64,000 bases of DNA from Octopus sinensis. Taxonomy: Eukaryota. A program made the position numbers and the translations under genes. This document shows positions 49,930 to 64,000 of the stretch, piece after piece. Where the stretch lies: positions 127,100,001 to 127,164,000 of the forward strand of contig NC_043001.1 in the NCBI RefSeq assembly GCF_006345805.1, written 5' to 3'. Each line of letters starts with the position of its first letter. Position 1 is the stretch's first letter. The notes under the pieces are model-generated. The model had not been told where the DNA came from and did not search any database. It saw nothing but the letters and a program-made list of their open reading frames with translations.

Positions 49930-50560
49930 AGACCGTTAACAAAAGCTGAAAGATGATATATCAATGGTTGCCAAATCTGAAATTAGATGGAGTTCCTAAA
50001 ACCTAACGGACTGCAGGTTCATAGTGAAACATTTCCAAGCATGGCTGGTCATTAGAACAAAATCTTGGTGCAAGAAATGATAAGGTAATCCTGAATCAAA
50101 GTTTAACTTTTAATTTCTTGAGTTGTTTAGATTTTGGGATTAAATTCTTATAGAACGGACCGATTTAAGAAGCGAATCGAAAATCACTACAAAATGTCAT
50201 AAGTTTATTTTTGGAGCAATTTATAATGAAAGAACAGCGTGTGCGCACGCATTAGCCGGCAGCCTCACACCTCATAGCTATCCGTCGCAAGCGCTGGTAC
50301 GAATATGCTTTCCGTCTCCAGCTAGATCATCCTACTAGAGCTTTATTCTCATTCGACGCAGCATCTACGGGCAAGAAAAGGTCTCGTAGAATAACGCGCA
50401 CCAGATGGCTGGTCGTTATTGGAGAATATCTCCAGAGGCCTAACGGTACCTTGGCTGTCACAGCGATAGAGAGCACTAATGGACCTAGTCGGCTCTACAC
50501 GTTGACGTGTTCGGGACCACTAACCTTGGATGACCCCAACCTCATCAAGCAAGAGAATGA
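49930..50560 (+). mobile_element. RTE-type LINE 3' fragments
   Basis: RPLTKAE.., IRRKRW..FRLQLDHPTRALFSFD..RTRWLVVI; caag-type tail. Confidence 0.6.
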
Positions 50561-51184
50561 AACAAGCAGAAGTAGCAATTTATAATCATAGAACAGTGGT
50601 CACTTGAAGCTAGGTTGAAACTACATGATGTATATTATATTCAAGTCATAACCATCCAATTATAATAATTAGCAATATCTTTTTGTTTGCAGCCACACCA
50701 AGAAAAGTGTGTGAATGTAAAAGGCTAGGAGATAGTCAAATAATAAATAAATAGTGAGTTACAGCAGGAAACAAAATGTAAACTTATTGCTTTCTATTCA
50801 ACGGAGGACAGCGTATTCCAGCAGACCTGAGACGTTAAACTGGATGTTAAAAAACTGTTCTCATACAACTATTCGTGCGTAAACGAAACTCTACTAGCAT
50901 GAGTCTTATTGTAACAGAAATTACTGTTATCAAATATGGGAGCTATTTCATAATTTACCAAACTTCGCCTACCTCCAATTCCAATTTGGAACTCAGGGGA
51001 CTATACAGAACTAGTTTAAGTGCCAAGTTCAGAGACTGAAGCACAAACAAGAATACTGAACCAGAAGGATTTCACTGTAGAACCAGCTTGAATACTCTAT
51101 TATTTAAAATATTTCAAGTGAAAAAAGTTTAAGGGTAGTCTAAATGAAATAATATTTTATCCTATTTGATAAACTCATAGGTAC

Positions 51185-51600
51185 AGACATAGCTATATGG
51201 TAAGAAAATTGCTTCTTAATCATATAGTCTTGGGTTCAGTCCCACTGTGTGGCACCATGGGCATGTGTTTTCTACTGAAGACCTGGGGTCTAACCAAAGC
51301 CTCGTCAGTGGATTTGACAAACAGAAATTGAAACACACTTCTACGTGTGTGTGTGTGTGTGTGTGTGTGTACGTGCGTATGTGTATAAATGTATGTGGGT
51401 GCGCGTGTGTGTTCTTCTTTTTGCGTGTCTCCGACCAGCACTTGCCAATCGATATCGGTTTGTTTACGTCCACGTAACTTAGAGTTTCGTGAAAAAAAAA
51501 AGGAGAATAAAGAATAAGTACTGGGTTCGATGTATTCGGCTAAAACTTTTAGGGCGATGTCCCAGAATGGCCGCAGTTCAAAGACTAAAACAAGTAAATG
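51185..51600 (+). mobile_element. diverged SINE family B
   Basis: Degenerate match across head, microsatellite and tail. Confidence 0.7.
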
Positions 51601-51671
51601 ATAAACGATTAAAAAAATGTATTACTAGGTGTGAAATTAAGATTGTGATGTAAGGGTTAGTATCAGAGCCA

Positions 51672-52585
51672 GTGAAGGCGCGTGGCTTTGTGGTTAATGG
51701 CTCACAATCGTAATGTCGTGTGTTCGATTCTCGGCAGCGCGATGTCCTTGAGCAGGACACTTTATTTCACATTACTCCAGTCCATTCAGCTGGCAAAAAT
51801 GGGTTGTACCTGTATTTCAAAGGGCCAGCCTTGTCACACTCTCTCCCTGAAAATTACGTTAAGCGTACACGTACCTGCGGAGTACTCAGCCACTTACACG
51901 TTAATTCCACGAGCAGGTTGTTCCGTTGATGGGAACCCTTGTCGTCGTGGTTTAGGGATCCAGGAAGTTCAAGTTGTCTCTTTGTAAACAAATTCCTCTG
52001 GAACCAAGGGACTAATTCTTACCAAAATTGGGACATTGATTACACTACATCAAGGTCACTTAGATATTAATATTGTCCCCTGGGTTGACATCTACGCTCA
52101 CCATTCCCTCATTTCATCTCCTCTAAAATAAGTATGGTATCGAAAATATTTCTGGAGAATAAACCTAGCATCTTGCAACCGTATCTACATATCATGTAGA
52201 TCAGGGGGTTCATTAGTATACCCACCATCTGAGCAATATTTCAAAACGCGAACATCTGCGACTTTCTTTTACTACTATACTTCAGTATATACATATATAT
52301 ATATATGTGGTGAGGGCAGCAGACTCGCGGTCGTAGGATCGCGGTTTCGATTCCCAGGACGGCCGTTGTGAGTGTTTATTGAGCGAAAACACCTAAAAAG
52401 CTCCACGAGGCTCCGGCAGGGGGTGGCGATCCTTGCTGTACTCTTTCACCACTCTTTCTCCCACTCTTTCTTCTGTTGTCCTGCTCGCTTAGCCAGCGGG
52501 GTGGCGTCATTCGAATGCTAAAACAATGCGAACGCATTGTGACCAGCGATGTGTAACAACATCTGATGGTCTGGTCGGTCACGTG
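51672..52585 (+). mobile_element. two diverged SINE C-related copies
   Basis: About 51672-51950 and 52308-52585 share head and body segments with family C. Confidence 0.65.
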
Positions 52586-52593
52586 ATCACGTG

Positions 52594-52626
<33 letters not shown>

Positions 52627-53149
52627 TATCTATATAATATATATATATATATATATATAACTTTTGAGACTAATGGGTATTTGTCAATTTTATATATATA
52701 TAATCCAATGTGGTCGAGTGCAATGTAATTACAATCCTCCGCATTGAATTACTGTGGTATGTAACCGGGTCCACTCGAGGGATTTTCTTTGATTCACCAT
52801 AGGACTCTAAGAATCCGTATATTGCACATTAAACTTATATATATATACACAGACTCACGTACACACATACACACACATACATGTGTACATCTGTGTGTGC
52901 GTGTGTATGTGTGTATATATCTATTGGTTTAAATTGGTAGTTCTTTTTGACACCAGAAGAATAATGAAATGCATGTGAGCTGTATCTAACAAGATTTGTG
53001 GTTTTCATTTATAACATGTTTACTCCCTTAGCTAATCAAATGTTTTACTACATGTAGAAGCCTTTGAAACCGTATCATGTAATATATGCATACATGCACA
53101 TATATATATACATATATATTATATATATATATTATATATATATAATATA

Positions 53150-53221
<72 letters not shown>

Positions 53222-54938
53222 GGTAGTATGTATGTATGTATGTATGTGTATGTATGTATGTGTATGTATGTACGTATGTATGTATGTATGTATGTATGTA
53301 TGTATGTATGTGTATGTATGTATGTATGTATGTATGTTTGTATGTATGTACGTATGTTGTATGTATGTATGTATGTATGTATGTATGTATGTGTATGTAT
53401 CTACGTATGTATGTATGTATGTATGTATGTATGTATGTATGTATGTTTCTATGTATGCATGTATAGCCACAATGAGTATATTTAAACCCCTTATAAGGAT
53501 ATTCATCCAAGATACACCGCTTTAATATATTAGATATTGAAGCGATAATTCTTCAAACATTTTTATCGAGTTAGAAAACAGAGAGATCTAATGGATACAA
53601 ATTAATTTATTAATAAATCTTTATATTCACCAACAATTGTTTCATTTCACATGTAAAATTAAAATTACAAAGCACATATAAATATATAATTTTGCATTCT
53701 ACATACCTTGTAAGGAAAATTATCAGGGTGTGCAGAGGACAATAAGGATTATATTAGAATACTTTAGAAATACACAAAATATACAGACATGTTGACTATG
53801 TGTGTATGTATACGTGTGTGTGTGTACACATGCGTTAAAATTATTCCTTTTATTTCAATTCAATAACAATAACTATTATTATATTTATAGTAATGATTAT
53901 TGTTATTATTGAACTGAAATAGAAATAATGTTAATGTATGCGCATACACACATACGTATACATACACACATAGTAAACATGTCTGTATATTCTGTGTATT
54001 TTTAAAGTATCCTAATGTGATCCATATTGTTCTCTGCACACCCTGATGATTTCCTTACAAGGTATTTAAAATGCAAAATTGTATATATATTCTTTTCTAC
54101 TCTAGCTAGGCACAAGGCCCGAAATTTTGGGGGAGGAGTCCAGTCGATTAGATCAACCTCAGTACATAACTGGTACTTAATTTATCGTCCCCGAAAGGAT
54201 GAAAGGCAAAGTCGACCTCGGCGGAATTTGAACTCAGACCGTAAAGACAGACGAGACAGACGAACTACAGCTCAGCATTTCGCCCGCCGTGCTGACGTTT
54301 CTGCCAGCTCACCGCCTTATATATATATAGTATATATATATTCTTTTCTACTCTAGGCACAAGGCCCGAAATTTTGGGGCAAGGGGCCTGTCGATTAGAT
54401 CGACCCCAGTACGCTACTGGTACTTAATTCATCGACCCCGAAAGGATGAAAGACAAAGTCGACTTCGGCGGAAATATATATATTCTGCGATGGTTTTCTG
54501 TAATCAGTGACGATTTTTACAATTCTTTAAATAATAATATTTTATAAGCTTAAAGCTTATAAGCGATCACCGTGTAATGACTAAAGAAAATAGTTTAAAT
54601 ATTGGGGCATATAAGCCCTCGACAGAAAAAAGTAGGGTTTTCGTACGGATGAATCATAACCTCGGACCCTACCATAAGGGTACTTGGAGTTCTTCATTAA
54701 TTTAAACAATATTGTTAGCCTCGTGTGCCAGCAGAGAGCTTATGAGGTATTTTGCCCGGATTGATAATCCCTCGCTGTAAGTTCCGTTATACAAAATGGA
54801 ACAAGAACACAAAACATCCGGCCAACTAGGTGATACAAAAAAGGACAACAAAACATCATATATATATTGGACTTATAGTTTCCCGTCTACCAAATTCATT
54901 CACCAGTCATTGATCGTGCTGTAGAACTGTACTCGAAA

Positions 54939-55714
54939 GGCGGCGAGCTGGCAGAAACGTTAGCACACCGGGCGAAATGCTTAGCGGTATTTCGTCTGCG
55001 TTACGTTGTGAGTTCAAATTCCGCCGAGGTCGACTTTGCCTCTCATCCTTTGGGGGTCGATAAATTAAGTACCAGTTACGCACTGGGGTCTATGTAATCG
55101 ACTTAATACCTATGTCTGTCCCCTCTGTGTTTAGCCCCTTGTGGGTAATAAAGAAATAGAAATAGGTATTTCATCTGCCGTTCCGTTCTGAGTTCAAATT
55201 CCGCCGAGGTCGACTTTGCCTTTCATCCTTTCGGGGTCGATAAATTAAGTACCGGTTACGCACTGGGGTCGATGTAATCGACTTAATCATTTTGTCTGTC
55301 CTTGTTTGTCCCCTCTGTGTTTAGCTCCTTGTGGGTACTAAAGAAATAGGTTTTTCGTCTGCCGCTACGTTCTGAGTTCAAATTCCGCCGAGGTCGACTT
55401 TGCCTTTCATCCTTTCAGGGTCAATTAAATAAGTACCAGTTACGCACTGGGGTCGATATAATCGACTTAATCCGTTTGTCTGTCCTTGTTTGTCCTCTCT
55501 GTGTTTAGCCCCTTGTGGGTAGTAAAGAACTAGGTATTTCGTCTGTCTATGTTCTGAGTTCAAATTCCGCCGAGGTCCACTTTGCCTTTCATCCTTTCGA
55601 GGTCGATAAATTAAGTACCAGTTACGCACTGGGGTCGATATAATCGACTTAATCCGTTTGTCTGTCCTTGTTTGTTCTCTCTGTGTGTAGCCCCTTGTGA
55701 GCAGTAAAGAAATA
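54939..55714 (+). mobile_element. tetrameric SINE A insertion with 16-bp TSD
   Basis: One headed unit plus headless units starting 55165, 55349 and 55533; agaactgtactcgaaa at 54923-54938 and 55715-55730. Confidence 0.88.
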
Positions 55715-56934
55715 AGAACTGTACTCGAAACCGCGTGGTTGCGAAGCAAACATGTTAACCACACGGCCACATAGCATTTTATTTACTTATTTATTTACAT
55801 TTCATAGCATTCATTTATTTATTTATTCATATATTTATTTACATATTTGTATATTTATTTATTTACATTTCATGCTTATAGACATGTATATAGCAGTGTG
55901 TGTGTGTGTTTATGTGGGATGGGGGGGGGTTCAGATTGTGTATGCGTTGACTTGCTTATTTCGATTCGTTGTCCTTCTCTGACGTGCCTGTCTGCCTGCC
56001 TGTCTGGAAATCACTGATGCAGCAAATAAAGATGAAGTCAGGGTGTCTGAGTGACAGCGCCACGAGACCAGAGGAAGATGAATTGTGTGAACAGGCGTGT
56101 TGTTCAGACAGCTAATGTGATATTTGGCTACTGTGGTAGGCGGAGGGTGCTTGTTTATTTGTTTCATAGTCGTTGTTGTTTTTGTTGTTGTTGTAGAGGT
56201 GGTGGTACTGCAGAAGAACTGGTGTTGTTGTTGGTGTTGTTGTTGGTGGTGGTGGTGGTAGTGGCTGGAATTTTTTAAGGGATTTTTATTGTTATTATTA
56301 TTTTTTTTTGAGGGTGGGGATTGCCTTTTATCGTACTAGTGTTGCTGATGTTTGGTGGTCATGCAATGATGATGTTGATGATCATGATAACGGTGATAAT
56401 TGTTGCTGTGGCGCTTACGATATTAGAGATGGTGGTTATGGTAGTTATGGTAGTAGTGGTGGTGGTGGTGGTGGTGGTGGTGGTGGTGGTGTGGTGGTGG
56501 TGGTGGTAGGAGTAGGTTTTTTTGTGGTGGGAATTGTGAAGGTAACAGTTTTGGTGGCGGCGGCGGCGCGGCGGCGGCGGCGGTGGCAGCGGTGCTAGTT
56601 TTGTCAATGGTTATGGGGCTGATGACAGCGATTGCATTCGTGATAATATTTACAATTTTGGTGTGATAATTATAATGCTGATGATAATATATTGATCTAA
56701 AATTTTGGCACAAGGCCAGCAATTTCGGCAGAGGGTGGGTGAGTCGATTACATCGAGTCCTGTGTCCAACTGATTCTTATTTTATCGACCTCGAAAGGGT
56801 AAAAAGTAAAGTCGACCTCGGCGGAATTTGAACTCAGAAGGCAAAGACAAACGAAATTCCACCGAGCATTTTCCCCGGATCTACCCACTTCACATGTCAT
56901 TACTGTGTTGGTGATGAACAGCTGTCATATTAGA

Positions 56935-57200
56935 AGCAAATCCTTTCTTTCAGGTATCTGAGAATCATTGTCTCTGAAGATAGTAAGAATGACAACAACT
57001 TTCAAGACCCTTGGGACGCTTCGGCCCCGAGAATTACAGGACCAAAGCTTTTATTCCTTCACAAGGCTTACCGTGTACCAAGTTGTTTGTATCACTTCTT
57101 TTCACTCTGGTTGTGAAACCCTATAGCCCTAATAATTTCACCTCGAGTTCATAGAGTGCTTCCTTATGAGTAGCTTGCCACGCATCCTGGGAATTATCCG
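56935..57200 (+). mobile_element. RTE-type LINE RT fragment
   Basis: SFRYL..IVSEDS.. and ..FLMSSLPRILGI, frameshifted. Confidence 0.55.
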
Positions 57201-58030
57201 GAGCGAACGTCTGCCTAACCGTACATGGTTGTGGTGGTGATAGTGGTGGTGGTGGTAGTGGTGTGGTAGCCATTTGAGTATTGTGCAAAATGCCTTTCCG
57301 TACAACACTCGTTCTGAGTTCAGATCCTATGTTCGATTTATCCGCTTATCCATCCGGATTAATATGATTAGCTATACCCTCTCTACGCGCGCCCTCAAAA
57401 AAAGTCTTCGGCCTTCAACCGATGTTAGAAATCAGTAGGAAGGGTAAGAAGAAAGGAGCAATAATAGTTGGAATAGTTGCTATTTTATTTGTGCGGGTGT
57501 GTGTGTGTGTGTGTGTGGTCTCCAGTTAGCAAAGATGAAGCAACAAGGATCTACGGTCAAAGACTGTTTCATCTTAAATCCAGACATAGTATACCAAGGG
57601 CTACATAGTCCAATATATCTTCTTATTTTAAGAGTGAAAGGATGTGATCCAAGCAGCTATTCGAATCACAACCCTATTCTTTTCCTTCCTTTTTTTTTTT
57701 TTTTTTTTTTGATATTTAAGAATAAATTCTTCACTGAGATCTTCCTGTTTTTAAGACGTTAAGAATCAATTTGAGAGAACCTTAACTGATATTTCTAGTC
57801 GGGAACTTATCGGGGGACTGGGTTGCTAGATGATGCTCATGGTCCTGTTCCCCTTCTTTGTGCCATGCTGGTATTGCTGCTGTTGTCGCTGCTTCAGTCC
57901 TGAATAAACCTTGATAGAATAGATCCCTTCGGTTCAGATTTATGTAGGACTACATTCACTAATTTGTCAATTCCATACTGAAAACAGTATGATATAATAT
58001 GAAGTAAGTGGGTTGCTATTTCAAGTCAGA

Positions 58031-58420
58031 GTGGAGGCGCAATGGCCCAGTGATTAGGGCAGCGGACTCGCGGTCATAGGATCGCGGTTTCGATTCCCAG
58101 ACCGGGCGTTGTGAGTGTTTATTGAGCGAAAATACCTAAAAGCTCCACAAGGCTCCGGCAGGGGATGCTGGTGATCCCTGCTGTACTCTTTCACCACAAC
58201 TTTCTCTCACTCTTACTTCCTGTTTCTGTTGTACCTGTATTTCAAAGGGCCGGCCTTGTCACTCTCTGTGTCACGCTGAATATCCCCGAGAACTACGTTA
58301 AGGGTGCACGTGTCTGTGGAGTGCTCAGCCACTTACACGTTAATTTCACGAGCAGGCTGTTCCGTTGATTCGGATCAACCGGAACCCTCATCGTCGTAAC
58401 CGACGGAGTGCTTCCATCCA
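58031..58420 (+). mobile_element. SINE family C
   Basis: Full-length copy. Confidence 0.85.
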
Positions 58421-59330
58421 TTTCAAGGCATTCGACTAGTGTCCAGATTGGCAGGAAAGACAGTGATTATTGCTGTTGGTTACATGTAAACGTGGGTGGT
58501 CCGTCGTGGTGCTTACAGAAATGAGATAGGAAAAGAAACGCATTTGCTCCTACGCAATTTATTAAACCCGCACTAATAGAGATTTTTTTCCCAAATTCTG
58601 GTAATTCCGCACTAATAGAGATTTTTTTATTTCAAATTTTGACGCAAGTTCAGCAATATCGGGGTAGAGGTTAAGTCGATTACATCGACCCCAGTTTTCA
58701 ACTTGTACTTATTTTATTGCTGCGAAAGGCAAAGTAGACCTCGGCGGAATTTGAACGCAGAACATAAAGACGGGCGAAACACCGCTAACGATTGTAACAG
58801 CTCGCCATCTTAATTGCAATAACAACAACAACAATAATGAGAAGAAGAAGAAGAAGAAGAAGAAGAAGAAGAAGAAGAAGAAGAAGAAGAAGAAGAAGAA
58901 GAAGAATTCTATTCAAGGCACAAGACCCGAAATTGTGGGAGTGCGGCCAGTCGATTGGATCGACTCCAGTACACAACTGGTACTTAATTTATCGACCCCG
59001 AAAGGATGAAAGACAAAGTCGACTTCGGCAGAATTTGAACTCTGAACGTATAGACAGACGAAATACCGCTAAGTATTTCGCCCAGCGTGCTAACGTTTCT
59101 GCCAGCGCGAATTTTTACAATAGGCATGAGGCCTGAATCTTTGGGGGAGGGGGATAGTAGATTACACCGATGCCAGTGTTTCACTGTTTCTTATTTTATT
59201 GAATCTGAAATGATGAAAGACAAAGTCGACCCCGGCGGAATTTGAACCCACAACGTAAAGATGGACAAAATGCCACTATGCATTTCACCCGGCGTGCTAA
59301 GGATTGTGCCAGCTCGCCATCTTAATAATG

Positions 59331-59402
<72 letters not shown>

Positions 59403-59404
<2 letters not shown>

Positions 59405-59911
59405 CTGATTGGAAGTGTTATCATGTACATTGTTTTGTCTTGGTATAAAAGATGGGCTACAGCAAATATTCTGCTCAATACCACAGATTTGCTTGTCAGT
59501 TGTTTGACCTTAACCAGTTGAGCATGTTCCTTAATGGCTGACGATATGTGCATCTCTGATCACGAGCAGAAGTAGTGGGGGAGCATCATAGCCATGTGTT
59601 GAGAGGGATTCTTTGGGGTTTGAATAATTCACCTCTGGAAACATGGGTGGTTCTTTCAACATCCTTAAACAACCCTTATTCAGGGACCTTTTGAGCGGGA
59701 TGGGCTACTCAACCTGAAGAAAACTCTAACTGGGCCCCACCTGCAAGGTCATGTGCTGTTTATCTTGATATGAGATCACCATGTCGTGCACATATGGTTG
59801 TGATGCATGTGCCTGGTGTACCTTTATCAGACGGGTAGTCATGATGGGTATACTGGGCTTCGTATATTTTACCCCAGTGTCACTTTGATGGCATGAACTG
59901 CTCTCTCACTC
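59403..59911 (+). mobile_element. repeat family D, 5'-truncated copy
   Basis: Highly similar to 24406-24936; starts inside (AAT)n. Confidence 0.8.
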
Positions 59912-60102
<191 letters not shown>

Positions 60103-60224
60103 TAATAATATTAACGAGTAGACGACGACAACAACAACAACCATAATAGTTCCTCCACCCTCATGTCTCCTTTTTACGACTTCATTTGTACTTTTTTCCT
60201 ACCGTGTGAGCATATGCGTGTATA

Positions 60225-61070
<846 letters not shown>

Positions 61071-64000
61071 TGTAAAGCTATATAACGTTACGAGAAGTTT
61101 GTAAAAATACACTCCACACCAACAGAATATCAATGAAGTGGGAGGCTGACCTTTTCCAAAATAGTTTCGACTTGATATGGTTAGTTTATCCCAGTGCAAC
61201 TCCAGGGCGAATGTAGACTTGTCATATAAATATACATACACACACAAACACGTTAATATAAACAAACACAACCACTCGTAAGCAAACACACACATAACGT
61301 AAATATTGATTCTCTGTTGTTGTTGTTGTTGTTGTGTTTTTCGTTTTGTTGTTTTCTTTTTTTTTTGTATTATTTTGTTTTCTGGGGGTCTTCTTTTTTT
61401 TTTCCACATACTCACAACACCTCACATTATTGTGTTGTAGGAATAGTTGAATATATTTGAATGAAAGTTTATTTTTATCGTCCTTGCATGGGGTGAAATG
61501 TCAAAGTCTCACCTTAGTAGAAGTTTAACAAACTTAAGGGGCAAGTAACTCTCCAGTAAAAAGAAACATGTGTCCCGCAAAGACTGAACCATATAGATGT
61601 GAAATATATCTCGAACTACGCTCGCTGTAGCACCTAGGATTTTCATTTGTTTTACAGAATTTATTGAGTCTTTTATAGACGTAGGCATGGCCAAATGGAT
61701 TAGAAGTTCACTTCGCAATCATAAAGCCACCTATTTCGGTCCCATTTGTTTCGATAACACCGCGTGTTACCCGGAATATGTATCTTTTATGAAAGCTCCG
61801 AGACGTGCCAAACTTTGAGAGTGAAACTGGGTGAACGGCACCAGTAATTTAAAGGATCAGCATTGTCACTCGTTGTGCCATGCTGCTTCAGGTTCTAATT
61901 GTATTTGACTCTTCTGGTTCTAGTTGTATTTGACTCTTCTGGTTCTAGTTCTATTTGACCATAACCACTTGGCCATAAACCCTCAAGTTTGTTTTAAGCA
62001 GCTCTTAATCATGGCCATATGTTTAAGAAGAGCGCTTCACGGTCACTTGGCTCCAGGTACGGACCAACAGCGCGGCACATTGGGCTTCCTCAGATCAAGT
62101 ATGCCAGTCTCAAATTAAGTAGGCATTACCGGTTAAATTGAAATGGCAACAATGTGATAGTTCGTCGGGTGGGTTCTATGTGTTTTCTGTAGTCTTAATG
62201 CGTCTACTTGTTGAACACCACTGCCTGGTATTTTAGTACTTTTAGAACAGTCCACTCTGTTATAAACATTTATAACAGGTTTCTACAAGGCTCAGAAATG
62301 ATGGAAACCTCCCATCTTTTGATTATGCCTTAGAAATAATCAGAACTGGATGTCAGATATTCTATAGTCAAGTGGGTCGATGAGATTAATGGACTCTTCT
62401 TCAGAGGCAGAAAATTTTCAGATGATTTTGTACATGTTTTCAATACTTTTTAGAATGGAGCAAGTGAATAAGCCTAGCATTCGATTTGAACTAATAGATT
62501 ATGTGAAAGGTATTCCAGTACAATTCACTCAGTCATCCAATTTTTATTCTCAACTAAACTATATTCAGGAATCAACATCGGAGATTTTTACATACGTTGT
62601 CAATCTATCAAAAATAACAGTCAGATCAGCTCTTACCGTCATAAATAACAAGCAAAGGATCCATTAGCTTATGTAATTTGAGATATCCATAAAAGACCGG
62701 GATGGTCACAGCTGGAATGCTTTTAGTCATAGGTCTACTCTCTCTCTCTCTCTCTCTTCTCTTTCTCTTTCTCTTACTCTAGTGTTTGAGAAGAAGCTAA
62801 ACAACAACAACAACAACAATTAGCTGAATTATTCTCAAGAGTCGCCAAGGGAAACTCTACGTGTTCGCTCGACCATATCTCCCTCAAATTACACCTTGTC
62901 GTCTTAATAAAGGAAGGACACATTGAATGATATATGCCTAGATACATTATAATTATATGAAATTTGGTACGGTACTAGCTAGAACGCTTTTGATCATAGT
63001 TCCGCACAATTAGAGCCGAAGCTGAGGGTAAGCAAAAACAACGTAGAAAATATATTGTATAACAAGCGTCCTTGCGTTAATCTACAAAGTTATATTCGTT
63101 TTTAATATTTCCTTCTTTGGTGAATTTCCGTCCGTTTCGACTATAAGTGTTCCAATTGTTCAATCAACCGAACAGTCTACTTGTTGAGTTAACGTATTAT
63201 TGAGTATTTCACGAACGCGTAGCAGGAATTCTCAGAATTAACATATCACAGAGTGTGATATGGCTGGCTTAATGAATTACAATTAAAAATTGCCCAGTCC
63301 ATCTAACTGACTCCTGCACAGATTCCGTCCGTCCATTTGCGTCACAAGCCTTCGGATTGACCCAAGACACTAGTATAACACACTCGGCCTATATGACACA
63401 CAACAGGATTATAATCGTTTTCATTTTCAATATAAAGGCCTCGAAGCTCGAAAGTGTCCATTTGCACACCACTAGTGTTCCAGTTATTATTGGTACTGTT
63501 TCTACTTTCATAGACAACTTTACCTTTTTATCTTTCTGAGGTCGATAAACAAAGTATCACACTAAAGAGGTAGACTTACTGAATCATTAGAGTATCAGGC
63601 AGAATTCCTTTACGATATTCGCTCTGGTTCTCTGCGGTCTGAGTTTAAATCCTTTCATGGCCTTTATGGGCAGTAGGCTTTATCCGTCGCCCGGTTTACC
63701 AGCACCGCTCGCTGCTTGAATGAATTCACTCTGTTGCTAATATTCAGGCTAGGTCCCTGGTTTGATGATATATTCCTCATTCTTTTTACCGGTCTCAGAA
63801 GCTCTACGAGGCCCGTAAATAAAGTAATGAGACTAATCTCATAGCGTTCGATCTGGCAACACTGCGGGGTTTCCCTCCACGGTGCTGCCGCATCAACGTC
63901 CCCTATAAACTCAGTTGAAGCAACAACCATGTTGTGTTAACTGTTGAACTGTGCATGAACGTTTTTTGCGAAGTGATTTTACTTGGTGTGTCCTGAAAAT

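Noticed and set aside
61509-61718. First coding exon of the hydrolase gene (strong AAG|GTGAGA donor)
   Set aside because: The only open frame ends in phase 2, incompatible with the phase-0 exon at 43561, and its 5' part is a SINE head.
62380-62667. 95-aa plus-strand ORF in unique sequence
   Set aside because: No recognisable domain or partner exons; length is within chance expectation.
63664-63930. 88-aa minus-strand ORF near the window end
   Set aside because: Possible exon but no motif and ambiguous splice sites; cannot be supported.

Overview
Eukaryotic, AT-rich DNA saturated with microsatellites and SINEs. It looks like an octopod cephalopod genome; this is inferred from the repeat landscape and is not provable here. 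One protein-coding gene can be assembled by hand on the minus strand: seven phase-consistent GT-AG exons (43561->21859, 471 aa, first exon(s) not found). It encodes an alpha/beta-hydrolase-fold protein with the catalytic Asp and His motifs intact but GHGEAG in place of GHSxGG. The rest is mostly repeats: four SINE-like families (my local labels A-D, not database names), CR1, Tx1/L1, RTE and R4/Dong-type LINE fragments, Tc1, mariner, Tigger and hAT DNA transposons, and Penelope-like (PLE) remnants. The most striking unexplained signal is a set of unrelated short repeat families that each carry a minimal type I hammerhead-ribozyme fold. Several sit next to simple repeats, mostly (TA)n, and several have an inverted copy of their own 3' end at the 5' end. 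They include a tRNA-headed, SINE-like element (40743-41100) and a spacerless palindrome encoding a hammerhead on each strand (12188-12313). Most ORFs in the supplied track are simple-repeat artefacts. All folds and alignments were done by eye; SINE boundaries are approximate.
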